From Tricharina praecox (taxonomy: Eukaryota): a stretch of 64,000 nucleotides of DNA. The translations under genes were made by a program, and so were the position numbers. Under the pieces are notes generated by a model that was not told where the DNA came from, searched no databases, and saw nothing but the letters and a program-made list of their open reading frames with translations. Position 1 is the first letter of the stretch. The number at the start of each line of letters is the position of its first letter. Shown one piece after another: positions 25,301-40,321 of this stretch. The stretch lies in assembly GCF_024521635.1 (NCBI RefSeq), contig NW_026250404.1, positions 310,001 to 374,000 on the forward strand. The letters are read 5' to 3'.

Positions 25301-25676
25301 AATAATACAGAAGGAAGAAGTGTAATTATGCGTTTGGGTATCAGAAGGTCACTCGAACCGGAAAAAGGATTATCCGTTTCGCTTTCTCTGTGCTTGGCGA
25401 TGGAGGGGGAGGGGAATGAAATGATTTTTAGAAGTCGGGAAATGGAGAGTTTAACGCCCTTGCGAGTCACGAGAACACACAATCGCTAAAAATGTAACTG
25501 TCAAGGTGACGCAATCATGAGTGAGACAATGGATGTTGGAGGGGTAATTCAAAGAGAGCTGTAGCGGCACAAATTCGTAATGACTTTCGGAATCTGCAAC
25601 ACAACCACCATCACCACCGGACCTCAAGCTAAGACGCCAAACGTCTCGTCTCCGTCAATTCTCAACCCCACCAACC

Positions 25677-26639
25677 ATGGCTTCACGAACACTCCTCGCT
25701 CCTGCCGTACGGGTCGCATCTAAACATGTATCTCGCCTCACTCCCCCGCCGCCCGCTTCCCCACCTAGAATCCACCCGCTAACCCCATAGGCCCGCCCCG
25801 CCGCCCGCTTCCTCCCACACCTCCGCAACCTGACCACCGCCCCGATCACGGCGCAAGCCACCGTGCCCGCCGACCCGGGGCACCCCCGCAACCCTTCCGT
25901 CCCGCTCACGCCGTCGACGCCGACGCTATCGCAGCACCTAACGCTCGCCGACCGGCTCGCGCTCCGCTTCCGCGAGTACATCCCGAACACGACGGAGACG
26001 TACGTGGCGTACGACGTAACGCGCACTTTGTATCACGAATGCGCTTTGCAATCCGCGTACGCGGACGGCGAGGACTTCTCGGCCTCCGCGGCGTTCTGGT
26101 ACGGCACGTGTGCGCGGCCGCCGACGTTCCAGAGCTGGTCGCAGGTCACGGTGCTGCACATGTGGATGCTGGCGGCGCGCATGCGCGCGCTCGACCGCGA
26201 CCGCGTCAAGATCTGGCAGCAGCACTTTATCGACCACTTCTTCTACGACGCGGAGGAGAAGATGGTGAAGCGCTACGGCATCAAGAGCGCGGGCCAACGC
26301 GGCGGGTACATGAAGGATCTCTACCATCAGTATCGCGGCATGACCGCCGCGTTCGATGAGGGCCTTGTCAGGGGCGATGCCGTGCTTGCTACCGCCCTCT
26401 GGAGGAATATCTTTAATGCTAGCTCCGATGTGGATGTCGAGGTCCTGGCGATGGTCACCAGCCATGTTAGGCGCGTCGTGTCGAAGCTGGGGAGCGTCGA
26501 TGACGAGGTGGTGCTCACTGGCCGTGTCAAGTTTGGACTGCCGGAGGAGGAGAGGGCCGTTGTCAGGCAGAAGAGTGTGCTGGTCGACAAGCTGGGGGAT
26601 GAGGTTCAGCAGAAGCCTTCTGCATCTATGGCTTCATAA
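25677..26639 (+). CDS. CBP3: Ubiquinol-cytochrome c reductase assembly chaperone Cbp3 (2 exons)
   Basis: PPTFQSWSQVTVLHMWML..RMR, YRGM.AAFDEGL..GDAVLA.ALWRN; presequence-like exon 1, intron about 25728-25790. Confidence 0.9.
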
Positions 26640-27268
26640 ACAGACAGACAGGCAGGATGGCATGGTATGGGTGACATAGCTACTTGGTTAAAATGGTGTA
26701 CAACAGATAGTAGATAGGACGAAAATGTACTTGTATGGAATGGATTGTTGCATAGAGTAGCGGCCTGCAATCACGTACCCTCACTCGTGTCATTTTCGCT
26801 TCCTAGATAGGTAGGCCGTATGCAACAATAAATTGATGTTCTCTCTTCTATCGACATTTTATACTTATCCATCTTTCTTGCTCTCCCAGGTGAATTAGAT
26901 AGTAACAAGCAGAGAACTGTAGCTTTACCTTCACCCTCATAGACACAAAGATCATGACGAAAAAAGAAACCAAATGTCATAACCATAACCATCAATAACA
27001 TCAAGGACCCAAACACTACAAAACCCCAAATTTTACAGTTGTACCCACCCTTTATTTTGAAAACACATCGCAGGAGAAAAAAAGGAAAGAAGAAAATGAA
27101 ATCAAATCAAATGAAAAACAACCTGTAACAGACGACAGACAGAGCGGAAATTGATTAGTAGAGTAACAACGGCAATACGTGTAATCCCATCCCATCCCCA
27201 TTCCCGCAAAACACAAAAAGCAAAAAGCAAACAGAAATCATCATCATCGCTGCCGTCTAGCAGTCAAG

Positions 27269-30200
27269 TCACGATCTATATTCATCCGCGTGAACCATGT
27301 CTCGTGTATCGCTTCCAAAGTCCGATCCATTCCAATCATCTGGACGCGGCGTGTGAGCTGCCGGTTCATGCCAAGTAAGCGTGACGATTCCTACCAGATG
27401 CCAAGTCGATGTCTTCTTCTTCTTCAATGACTAGTCGGTCAATGAAGTTTCTAAGTTCTGTGATTTCCGCCGTCAGCCCGTCCTTTCCGGTAAACAAGGT
27501 ACGGCGAAGAGATGAGTGCCCACCACCAAGTTTCGAGTTGAATAGATCTGCATCCGGCTGCGCATCTCTACACCTCGCGAGAAGATTCATCGTGCTATCG
27601 AAGGTGTTATCATCGATTGGTTGGCGATTCTGCGGGAATTTGTTGGTAATGAACTGAAACAATGCTTCGGCTAGGTCGAGTATCGCTTGGTGAATCTTTT
27701 CAGGAGAGCAGTCCGGCTCATCAAAAAGGATATTGACGAGAAAGTCTTCCGCAGATTCCCTAACATTCGCATCGAGATAGCAAACCAAGGCAGGTGCCCA
27801 TTCGGATATGTTCTCAAGTATGGCGGGCCTAACCGCCGCTCTTACTGGCACCAGGCTCCAAATATACTGGAAGAACTGTAGGTGTTCGGAACCTCCGGTC
27901 ATGGCAATCGTGGGAATTTCTTCGGAAACTTTGCTGACAATCTCCCTAATGTAGATTTCCGACCGTGTATGCGTGACAAACGACTGAAGACACTGAAGAT
28001 AAGGAGCGGCGTGAATGGCCGGGTCCACGGAAATTCCGTTCAGTAGGGTATTCTTCAGATTATTAGTGAACTCGTGTTCTGGGGGGGTTGGCTCGGCACT
28101 CAGGATGTCAATCATGATCCTCTCCACTTGATTTAATGCTGTGGCATGTTCCATAAGCTTCGCAAAAACAGCTAGCACGCCTGTTCCCCGGCCCTGGCAC
28201 AGCTTGAAGTACGTCTCTTCAGGTCTTGTCAGTGGCAGTCGAACCTCGAACCTCCTCCTGTCTCGCATCTCTTCGTTGTTGCAAACCGGTACGAATGGTG
28301 AGCACCGCTTCATTAGGAGTAACAATAGCTCCGCTGGTTTGGCCGCTGGCACCCTCGGCTTGTTCATGATCTTGATGAAAGCTTCGATCCTTTGTTCCGC
28401 CCTCTTAGTCGGCCCAATGTGATTGATCACAAACATCTCCAGGATTCTTCTAAGCACGCCAGCCTTGAGGAGGTACTCCTTCTCGCAATCGCCCCAATTG
28501 GCAAGTTCAATCAAGAACGAAAAGTAATCGTTCCATGGCTTCAACGATGCCTGGAGTCCGTTCCATGCCTCACAGAACCCTTTGCAGACAAAGTAGAGCA
28601 TTGTCTCGTTCCTTGGAATTGGTGTCTCCTCTCCATCGTCGGAAACACCATACAGAGTCGGGTTGGTAACTCGCAGATTACCCAGAACGTGCACCAGCAT
28701 TCGGATAAAACTCCGGCGAATTTCCTGGAATGGGTTGTCCATGAGTAGGCCAGCGACAACATGCGAGTCCGAGGCCCAAAGAACAAAAGCTTTCGCGCAA
28801 TCATCGAAACGGAAAGCGAGCGCCTCAATAGACAAGACAAGCGCCTCACAAACGGGAAAGTCCTTAACTCTCGCGACTATGTGTTCGAACGCTCGCAATG
28901 CCAGCTGGAGTACTTCATCTTCACTGGAGTATTCGTCGCTTGCGATGGACAGTCTACACTGGGCAACCACCAGTGTCCTCACAAACTGGACGTAGTCGGG
29001 ACTGAACATGTTGTGCCGTCGTATGAGCTCCTCATTTTCTCTAAGGATCTCTATGCGGTGCCTTCGAGGAACACAGGACTGGTATGTTTCCGGTAGTGGC
29101 CTGTGCAACGATGAAGACCGCTGGTAGAAGAGCATGTAGGCGCTGAACGACTTCGGAATGACATATCCGGTTGCCGAGATGTTGTCGCTCCCTCCGTAAC
29201 AGTTCTCCGGTATTGTCGACGGATCGAAGAGACTGACCTCAGAATCATTGAATTCAAACCACCTCGGAATCTCATCAGGTGAAAATCGATCCCGGATGTA
29301 CGAGTAGTAATGTCCCGATTCGGCAGTTCCCGTGTGCACAAGTACACCGACTAATTCAAATTCGTCCGATTCACAGGTACTGTCAGTACCCGACTCCATT
29401 GAGCTGAGATGATCAATCGTGTACGGCTTCATGTCCAGCCGCATAGGAAACTCGAAGCGCTCATTAATCTTGCTCCGTTGCATGGTCTGCAGATCGAAGT
29501 CAAACCGTTTGAGATGGCAAATGAGGTGATCGGGTATATCCTTAAGGCAGGTTCTATGAAATTCAGTACGATGGTTCGGAGGGAACCTGATAGAGACCAG
29601 AACTTACCTCTTGACGGCATCTACTAGCCTGTCACAATCCGTACAACGGTATTTGTTGTCTAAATTGTATGGTCAGTTTGTTCTCTGGAAATTTAAAAGG
29701 TGAAATTAAATTGTTACACACCACCCTCCATGATTTCGCCCTCGACGTAAGCCTTCAAGCTCTCCTGAAGAGTGTGCTTCCCTTTGATGTCGCACTGAAT
29801 CGCGGAAAAAGGCTCTGTACGCTCCGAGATGTGAGGGCACTCATTCGACTTCACCTGCTGAACCAATTGCCCCCCGTAATATGACCTAAAAGCCGACTTT
29901 AGGTCAGTAGTAGGCATCTCACTTTCCAGCCTATCAAAAAGAAGATTGAAGAACTCGTCGACATCCATCTGAACCTGAGGGTCAATTGGATCGCCAGCAA
30001 AGTCGCGAAGTGACTCAACAAGATCTCGAGGCTCGATGGCTTTAGCGAAGCTAGCTTGCATGCGGGCAAATAACACCCTCAGGTGAAATGAATTCGCACG
30101 CATCTGGTCAGTAGAGTCTACCGGAATGCCCAAGACGAAATCCTGGAAGGATCGGTTCATGAACAGCTGAGTCAACAGGGAATTCAAATAGCATGTATTC

Positions 30201-33200
30201 GATAGGTTGTGCAGCCCAACAAGGCCTGCTGGGGCTCGTAGCCATCTGTCGCGGTCGGCCCAGTACTCGTCAAGTAGCATGCTATCTACGACATTTATTT
30301 AGCGTGCATACCAAGGGAACAGCCTAGAGCAGCTACCTTCGGGGAAGAGCTCATAGTTGAGCCTAACGATTTGCTCCATGCTCTCGTGATTATTCGCAAC
30401 AAGCTCGCATGTGAATTTGTAAAGCTCAGCTCGCGTAGGATCGTGAAGGATTGGCATCCGTTCGCTGTCTGTACCATAGGATGAGTCTGGAAACAGCAAA
30501 TTGCGCCACATGTCCGTGAGATGACTGGTAGTTGGAGTGTTAGAAGCCAAGGACTCGACTGTGTCGATGCACGAGCGATTAACTTACTTGGTTGGTGGGG
30601 TCATCCCGCTGTGACGCATGAACATCATGCAGAGCGTCAGAAGACGGGTGAAACCAGTTACTACGTGGTCTTCCTTTGGTTGCCCGACAGTCTGCAACAC
30701 ATTAGTACGATATTTCGCAGTTGTTAGGAAACTCACTTCGGTGACTTTGTGAGTACACAATTGACGGAACCAATCATCGAAATACGGGCTCAGATCCGCA
30801 GCATCGGGAACGGAATTTCCCACCAGCCTGCTCTCAGTCAGTATTATCGTTCATATTTCAGAAGCAGACTGCTCACCTGAAGGTCGAACAAGCAACACGA
30901 AACAGCTGTGCTGCGTTCTCCGGCTTCAAGTGGCTGCTGCTCAAGAGGATATCGCTCAAAATAGGCCAGAAATGCTTCACGAACTCCATGTGCCTGTTTG
31001 GTTGATTAATCAGTATGTTTGAGTATCTTCATATAATGGGTTATGTTAAACTTACCGCTCTGAGTCATTGTAGATCTTGCATATAGCTTGTAGCATGCAC
31101 TCTCTCACAATTGGCCGTGAATCATTAACCAAAAAGCAATGAATTAGCTTGTCAAGATTCTGGTTGCTGGAGGTTTGTGTCCAGACTTGCGGGTTGATAT
31201 GGCAACACTCGAAGAGAACGTAAATAGCATGAGTGATGCAGGGTTCCACATCCTCCAAGGTAGCGAACGGCGGTTCGAGACACCTCTGAAGTAGTGACAG
31301 CAGGTATTGAACAAAATCTTCTGGGTGCGGAGGGATGTCGTCACTGGTCTCGGCTATGGTGGCTACTTCTGTATACGTGTGAGCTCGCACACAAACGTCG
31401 GCATGAGGAAACAACTATACCCTGCAGAAGACTCTTCAGACGCTCGAGGATTTCCTTCGTGACAATGACTTGGGTTTCCGCAGCCTGCTCCTCTCTCTCC
31501 TTCGTGCCCCTCGTAAGAGCCTCGCAGAGTCGCTTCACGCATGTACTCAGAAAGGTTGTTGATCCGTTCTTGGTATCGTTAGTAACGGAATGGACACAAG
31601 ATTTCCTACGCACCTGTGCGACTTTCTGTTCCTCGAAGCAGTACCGCAGAGCATGAAGCGAGTAAAGAGTCTTATAAGGCTTGTCTGGTGGGAAGATATC
31701 TAACGCAGTCGTTTCCGAGAGCAGAAGCTGTTGTTTTACTAGATCGTGTGGGGGGAAACTGTTCAGGAACATCCATGCCTATCAATTATCAGTAAGAATA
31801 CTTCCGATTAACAATAAGAATGATACAAACCTTGACGGAAAGGGCTTCGGGAAGGTCGAGTAATGTGTACAACGCCTCAAAATGTCGCATGACATCCGGC
31901 TGCTCCGGCCCAGTCGCGTTCTCGGCCTCTTGAGCGGGCAGGGGCCGCTGAATGTAGACCATAACAACACATCCGCTGTATATTCCGAAGTCCTTGAGCG
32001 ATTTCGAAGGATCGTCAGCAAGCTTCAACTCTTTGCCATTCAACACTATCCTATGTTTGGCCGTCACGATCAGACGATATATGTGGGAATGCAAGTCATA
32101 TGCGGTGTTTTGAGAGCCAAGTTGAATGACGTGTGTCTATGTTACATTAGCAAAGGGAATTTAGCGGGTGGAGAGGTGGGCGTACCGCTGGCGGATTTCC
32201 TACACCACAGAGACGAAGAGTGATATTGAGTGATTCCCCCCTCGGGCCAGGTGGTTCCCCATTGATGGCTGATGCGTAAAATGGCCGAGTTCTGAATCCT
32301 TTGACAAACTGATCCAACACGCTCAATGCCCGGCGATATTTCCGGGTGGTTTCCTCACGTTCGTCTTCCGTTAGGTAGTCAACGGTCATATCGCCATCAC
32401 CGTCATCGGCCCCTCGCCTGGAAAGTTTTGTAGCTGACGATGTCAACAAGTCGATACAGCGGTCAACGATGCCGAGATGAGTTGCCTCAATCACCGCCAG
32501 GGATGCCTGCATGATCATTGGGGACTTGGTTTATCAGCATCTATAGATCCATCTCAATCATCAAGTGAAAGAACGCACATCGAGATACTCTTGGACAAGC
32601 AGATCAATAGTAGCGGCCGCCAGCTTCTCGTCATTGGCATTCAGAATGATTCGCCAAAGCAGGTCCGCTCCAGCGATGTGCAGAATCCTAGCAGTGTCCT
32701 CATCCGGATCCTGTGATGGTGTCAGTGATGTAGACCGCCATGATAATTCGGCAAATACCTCTGGCTGTGCGGTTCGACTAAGGAATTCCATGGACTTTTT
32801 GCAAAGCTCCACCACGGATGGAGTACATGAGAAATATATGCAGTCGAGTGATGGGAGAAATTCGCGGTATAAGCTGTCGAGTAGCGGGAATGTTTCCTGG
32901 CATGAATTAGTGGCCAAGTACAGTCCTAGTTTCATAGAGAGGGTAGTACACTATCCAGTGAACCAATAAGGTTGTAGAAATCGAATCCCAGCACCCTTTC
33001 CGAGGGGCCTAACGCCTTCTCTCCAACGAGATAGGTCCACAGTTGGGCATGCAAGTCCTTGGAAACGCAGTTCGGTGACATACGCAGCATCAAGTTAAGC
33101 AGTTCCAGCCGCGTCCTAAGTTTCTGCAGTCTCGATGTTGTCTTGACCGATCCGTGCCTGCCGATGAACACCAAAGTCTCACGCACCACAAGAGCCGCGA

Positions 33201-35846
33201 GGTCAAACGTCTCGACAAGGTATCCGACATCCTCGGACGCTGTCGGACTGTCTGCTCTATAGTTGCGGGGTCTACGCCCTATTGGCATATGAGCATTAGC
33301 AAGATTGACAACAGAGGTAAACTTACGCAAAAATGCGAGGATGACCGAAGTGCTGCCTGTGACGCTTCCATTCATTTCCTTGATGTCATCGACACACTTT
33401 TCCAGGATTTCCCTTCGCACGCTCCCCTCAGGCCCAAACTCTGCTAATGTGCTCAGCTCTTCGTTAGCTCTATGGAAGATGACCATTGTTTGTGCAGTCT
33501 CCACGGTTTCATCGTGTTCGGAGGCCAGCCTCATCAGCCTGATCAGCATCTCATAAGGTTCCCGACATAATCTTGGGATTCCCTGCATTAATTCAGTCAG
33601 TCAAGGATTAACACTAAACCGGTCCTCATGATTGTATCTTACCAAATGTTGGCGTTGTCGCATCTCATTGGAGTAGCTCTTAGCGATTTTCTCCACGACC
33701 ACGGCAACAAAGGACATCAGGCACGAATCGAATGAGCTAAAAGGTAGACAAGATATCCGTTTGCTCAGACCAGCAAGATGATCTAAGTTCATTGTCGACA
33801 TCATTTCTTGATGCATCTTCAGAGTAGCCTTGACTATCCGTGGATCTTTGTTGTCCATGACTGGTTGCCACAAGCAATTCAGTAGGGGTTCCGGAATGGT
33901 CTGGTTGACAATGAGGAAGGCGGGAACGTTTCCGCAGCGATTGATGAGCTCGGAATGGGATTCAGGCCCTACGAGGTACTCCAGTACGCCATTCTCGATC
34001 AGGTACTCGACAAGAAATCTACTAAACGAGATATTAGCTACAACTGAATTCGGGCTCCAGGATTAGGGCAACAGAACCTCAGAATCGGGCTACCATCGTC
34101 GATACGCGAATAATACTCTCGCCACACAGACAGCAGGGTATCCGTCATGCAGGTGAGACCTCGCAGCCGAATATCCATTCTGCTGCTGCAGAGCATCTTG
34201 TAATAGAACGGAAATTTGTGCGCCCACTCGACGAATTGCCCAATCTCCTTAGGCTTTGTTGACGCTATCCTATAACTGGCCAAGCAGTGGCTCAGTTTGG
34301 GTAACAGCCTCGGATTTGTGGGCTGCATGTGATGTATGCCGGCAGCCAAGGAGCCGTAGAGGTCGAGACGGCCGAGCAAATCCTTCATATCAAGTGTCTG
34401 GATGTGGGATCCTAGTGCTTCGGAAATCGAGTTCTCCAGCATGACCCAGAACTGGGTAATGTACCCTAAAATCTTATTCTTGGTTTCAGGATTGGTGTTC
34501 GGGATAATACTGAGCGTCTTGAGAATTAGCCCCGGCATCAAATGCAGATGCACACTCGATTTCGGCTGCGATGGTGCCTTTTGGTAGATGGCTGCGGCAA
34601 GAGACTTCAACGCACACAGGAAACCATCTGGATCGCCAAAGCTGCTGAGAAGCTGAGGAAACGAGTCCGCAATCTGGAATCCTGCCGAACTTATCATGTA
34701 GTAGAGAGGTTGCTGTCGTAACATCTGGATGATGGTGTTGATATAGGTCTCCGATAGCAGGTGGCTTTCTTCCTCCAGCGAAAGCACTGCCAGTTTTGAC
34801 GCCTCGTGCCGGATTATGAGTGTGGCTATGGAAATGAAATCCTCAAAAAACAGCGTGAGGTCATGCAGGCCACTCCTTTGGAAGAATCGCGGACTGAAGG
34901 ACTCGTTCCGGTCCAGTAACGCTATCACCAGGTCCGGCAAAGTCCTGCACAGATCACTGCTGCTCAACAGTCGTTCGAAGTGATCTACATGGGCGCCACT
35001 CGCCGAGGCGCGGAACTGGGATATATGATCGTGTATCTCTTCCAATTCCTTTATTGGGGATTCGCTCTTTTCGAACGAGCCGACAATCCGAGCAAGCGCC
35101 TCCGCAGTCTCCTCGTATTCTTCGACCACATGCCCAGCCGAATCCTCCAGCCGGATTTGATAGGGTAGATCATTGTTCCCATCCATCTCGATCTCTTCGA
35201 CCTCTGCGCTCGTACTTCGCAGCGTGTGGGTGTCGCTTCCATCGTCCAGCGTATTCGACAACTCTGGTGAATGTGACAAAGACCGTTTCCGGGCATCTTC
35301 TGGCTTCGAGTTCACGTCAGAGACCACATGGTCCGCTTCGCCGCTGCCGTCGTCGTCGACGCCGCCAGCTTGATTTTGGACTGCACGGATTTGTAGCGTC
35401 CTGCTTGCTTCTGTGATGGCCTCTGCTTCCGAAACGGCGCTCGCACGCTTCTCGTCTCTCATGATCTCGTTGGTATCAGCAATTGCGGTTTGTCGTTCGG
35501 TTTCGTCGTTCGGTTCGGAGTAGCGGGGATGGTATGAGGATGTCTAGATAGTTGTCACAAACATATCAGCTTGTCTGACTAGCTTCTAGAGCTACCTTCG
35601 AGCGAACAGCAGCTTATGGGATGGTAGGGATGGGGGAAATGCAATCACCATGTTTGTTTCTCTCTGATCATCCGTGGCAGCCATGACTGCTGGCCGCTTC
35701 CTGGGCCGGGAGGTATCGTTGTCGTCTGTGGAGTTTCTGCGCGGTGCTGCAGGTTCGTCTAACATGTCTCTGGAGTTACTGCTGGTGGGGCTGACAGAAT
35801 CCAAAATCATAGAGTTCGTGTCTGGTTTATCTCCATTCCGATCCAT
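27269..35846 (-). CDS. Large ubiquitin C-terminal hydrolase, USP34/USP9/USP24-like (many introns)
   Basis: Cys box GLHNLSNTCYLNSLLTQLFM; QMDVDEFFNLLFDRLE; His box LVGVLVHTGTAESGHYYSYIR..WFEFNDS; consecutive minus-strand exons joined by about 17 GT-AG introns. Confidence 0.9.
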
Positions 35847-37531
35847 GAATGTTGGCGTTTGTAGCTCGCGAAACTCAAGCCCAAACTAGCAGCTGGGTCC
35901 TTAAGGAGAATAAGAGTTCGGATGAGCAAGTTGGATGTGTATGGGTCCACCGCGAGACGCGCTTTCTTGTCTTCTCGTCTCTCTATGTGCGGCTAAGCGT
36001 GTAAATTCCTCTTGCTCTCGATTCCTCACTTCTTTCTTCCTTTTGTTCTCTTCCTTTCTCTTTCGAGGTGTAGAAGTTGGAAGACGCGAAGAGCGAGTTT
36101 GGGGGTGGGGGAGGTGTGTGCTCTTGTTGATTTAGATTAGTTGATTGCAGGTGGGGGGGCGGCGGTGGCTCGTGCGTGAACGTGCTTGGGTGGTGAGGTG
36201 AGCTAGGTTGAGTCGGACGTGGTGGATGTGGTGCCTAAACAAGGTGCGGTATGTAGAGTAGTAGCGGGTAGGTGGTAAGGTTTGGGAGCAGGCGGGAGCA
36301 GGAGGGCAAGCAGAGCAGCAAATGCTGGTGTAGGTGGGATTTTAACTTCGAGGGTTCTAACAGCGGGTTGCAGACAAGTGACGACAAGCGCAGGGATGCG
36401 TGAAGGCAGGCAGGGGAGGTCTAAGAGAGCGGGTTAGACGCGTTGGGAGTTCTAACGGAGCCAAAGCCAAACGATAGAACATGCAGCTCTGTGTATTCGA
36501 TGACGATTCCAGGGTGGGCGGGTAACCAGCGCACGCACAGGGCAAGGGCAATCGATCGCCGACGTTTTGGGGGGACGCGCTTTGATGGTGGGGTGGTGGT
36601 GGATGCGGCTCATTACAAGCCCGCCTACCCCGCTTTGTCCTGGTTGAGGCTAGGCTGTTCTGGGCACTTGCAGCACAGTAGAGGAGTAGCGAACCGTTAC
36701 GAAAGAAAAGAGCTTTCTGACACGGCGATCCCGGCAGCGGTAGCGACAGCTTAACCGCAAGAGCTGCTGGAAATTCGAGAACCGCAGCTACACATTTCCC
36801 AGGGCTCTGCACCGTCGCTCCGGTGACTTTTGAGCTTGCGGAAGGTGCTGCTCCATGGAGATTCCGAATATGTACCATCCGTAATCACTCGTATCAACTC
36901 AGTGACCCGGGAGTATTGGTCGAAGCATACTGCAGATGGGCAAGATTATAAGCTTGTTGCCGCACTCAGATGTCCTGCCGTTGCATCCACAAGCGCTCTT
37001 GTCATGATCCGATAAGGTCGAACGCATGATGAATGAGCCCAAAAAAAGCTGACCTTGCACGCTTGTATCCACTGTTAACGCGACTAGCAAGTCAGTCTCG
37101 CGTAAGAGCAGAGTATCTTCAGCCGCCTTTGGCGCGCCGGTGTAGTATTACAGTGTTACAGCGTTGCATACAATGTGCAAATGTGCACATATTCTATCTC
37201 TCATAACTCGACGGAGGCAGTTCTCGCGACGGTGATAGAGGGATAGAGATAGAGAGAGCTTCGATTCATTGTTACGTACGGCTTGTCTAGACTATGGCGA
37301 CCACAGACCTGACCTTTCCTGCCAGCTAATAAGGGAATAGGGAACCCGATCCATTCAAATTTCGTCGTTGAGATCCATCCTCGAGTGATAGGTTGTGGCT
37401 GAGGTCGACGTCATCACTTTACCCGGCACAATGGTGGTGGTGGTTAGCGTGGACTTCCAAAATGCCACGTTAGAGCTACAGCTCCACCTCGTTCAAGCCG
37501 CCATTCACAAACAGCTCACCGATTCACTGCA

Positions 37532-40321
37532 ATGGTTCCCTCACCAGATCCGGCCACACTGGCGGATGTAATACTACGCTCGGCTACGGAAGGATATTAC
37601 CCCGATTCTGAAGAGATCGCTGCCGCGAACTTGACGAGCGTGCACCTCCCCACTATCCTCGAGAGCCTGAATGCTGCGAAAGATGATATCAAGGTCAGCA
37701 AGCGATTACTACCAGGTGTCTAGCGCCCTCATGGTACTGAAGATGGCCCTGTGCTAGGAACAAGTGCGCACTATCAGTCGTGACAATGCCACCTCGATCG
37801 ATTCCTGGATCACACAGGCACGGCAGCTACATCTGGATGTTGAAGCTTCAAAAGCGCAAGCGGACCAGATACTGAAGCTTGACGAGGAAGAAAAGGTACC
37901 GCTCCACGAATGATGCAGGTAATGTGAGGTGCTGACGGAAATCGAGAGGCTCTTGCACAAGCAGTAGGCGATGCCGAGACACATCAGCGTTTCCTGGAAG
38001 CGGAGATCCAATTCAACGAAACCCTTGCGAGCGTGCTTGGAAAGTTACAACTTATCGGCACGACATTAGCGCAGGTCGATATTGCGATTGGTCGTGGCGA
38101 GCTTGGAGCGGCTGTGGGGATTCTCAATGGCGCCGAGGACGCGCTGGAGAGGCTTCGGGGTTTCGACGACATCATTGTTGCCGGTCTCATGAAGGAGAAG
38201 GCAAGGCTGCTACGGAAAGCTCTACTGGAGACGGTGGAGCGGACTTGGAGCGGGCTTGTGAATGTGGACAAGGATAGCGGGACTGTTGTGGTCAGGAAAT
38301 CGGCCAATGGTACGCCTTCATCGAGATTTTGCGCACCTTGCAGCAGCTGACTGTCGCCAGTCTTATCGACTGAATTTGAGTCTGAAGAGGTGGTCGAGGC
38401 GCTCGACATACTTGGACTCTTGAAGGACAAGATTGACCATTTTCACCAGCAAATTGATCGCGTCCTCATCGTCCCACGTCTTGAGACGCAACAAGGCCGT
38501 ATTCCCAATGTCGCGGTGGATGGCGATGCTATCCGGATCGCCGGGCAAGACAACGACCTCAGCGCAGCCAGACTATTCTCCGACCTACGACTTATAATAG
38601 ACTTTCTAAACACCCAACTTCCGTCGGCAGTGATGTCGAATCTTTCCCGAACGTTAATTCCCAGCCTCATAAGCCGTCTAATCTCTACAAGACTGTCCTC
38701 TTCAGTGCCGCCATCACTGGAGAATCTTCCTGCATTTGAGGAGTTACTGAAAGAGACGAAGCGATTCGAAGACGGACTGCATGATGCAAATTTGACACGC
38801 GAACGAGAGTTGAGCGATTGGGTGGAACGGGCTCCTAAAGTATGGCTGGCAAAACGGAGGGAGTCATGTCTGGATGCCGCAAGGAAAGTGATGGCGAGTG
38901 GGGTTGGCGAAGTTGAGCAGGTCGAGAGGTCAGAGACACAAACAATAGACGCCGAGGATGGGCAAGGAGCGCTGGTGGCTGGCGTTGCCGATATCAGCGG
39001 AGCAGAGGATTGGAACGCAGCGTGGAATGAAGAAGAGGACAATGTTGCTTCCGACGAGCAACCCAAACAGGAGACACTTAAGCGCGAGCTAGAGAAACCA
39101 GTAGATCACACTGGATTTATAGAAGAGGATGACGATGATGGTGCGAACGGCTGGGGCTTGGATGAAGATTTAGGCTTGGATGATCATGACGAGCCACCAA
39201 AAGAAACAGAGCTTACGTCGAAATCGGAGGAACCTACTCTCGAATTCTCGACGCCCCAGGAACAGGATGATGATATTGGCTGGGGTTCTTGGGCGGATGA
39301 TGCTGACGGAGACGACCGAGAAGACCACGACCCTGTGCCAGTCTCCTCCGGAGCCCCCAAGCATTCTAGGAAGCCTTCGGTCCAAGCATCTGCATCGAGC
39401 CACGTCAACAAAACTTCCGCTCCTAAGGATATTACCCTCACAGAAACCTACACGATTACCTCCACCCCCCGTGCCCTTCTTTCCCTCATCACGAGCCTCC
39501 TTTCCGAAGCCACCCAGCTCGAAAATAATCCGCAGTACAAGTCCTCTTCCATCGCTTCTGCAGCATCAGGAATTCTCACCGTTCCAACACTCGTCTTGGC
39601 CATCTTCCGCGCTCTGGCTCCACTGTACTACGCGGTTGATCTGAAATCAAACATGTACCTCTACAACGACTGCACATTTCTGTCGTCAGAACTACCGCCG
39701 GAAGTCAATGAGAGGGATGTGTCCCAGATTGTAACTTTTGGCAAGCGGCAGTACTCGCACGAGATGGAAGCACAGAGAACGATACTCAACGACTATCTCG
39801 ATGGTTCCCAGGGCTTTGTCTCATGTGACGATCCACTGCAACGGCAAGAATGCAACCGAGCAGTAGCGGCCACCACGTCCCGGCTTCGCGAAATCTACAA
39901 CGCTTGGAAGACAGTGCTCTCGAAATCGGCGCTGTATCAGTCTATGGGCTCGCTCCTCAACGCGGTCATCACGAAACTAATCAACGACATCGAGGACCTC
40001 AGCGACATCTCGGAACCGGAGAGTGTGGCTCTTGCGGCATACTGCGCCGATCTCGGATCACTCGGCGAAGAGCTGTTTCCGGGGAGGAATCCAGGGACGC
40101 CGCCTATAACGGCTATCTATTGTGGCAATTGGGTCAAATTTCGATATCTTGAGCAGCTTTTGCAGAGCTCCCTAGCTGATATCATGATGCTGGCTAGCGA
40201 GGGATGTCTGAAAGACTTCGAGGAGGAGGAAGTAGTGGAGTTGATCCGGGCATTGTTCGCCGACACTGAAGTGAGGGGCCGGTGCATTGAGGATATCAGG
40301 CGCCAGGGGTTGTTGCACTGA
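37532..40321 (+). CDS. ZW10: ZW10/Dsl1-family tethering/kinetochore protein (4 exons)
   Basis: Acidic Trp-studded loop (EDWNAAW, DDDDGANGWG, DDDIGWGSW) typical of the Dsl1 lasso; C-terminal DIEDLSDISEPES, NWVKF.YL..LL.SSLADI, ELIRALFADT. Confidence 0.82.

Noticed and set aside
36357..37090. ORFs in the USP-ZW10 divergent spacer
   Set aside because: No recognisable domain or consistent splice structure
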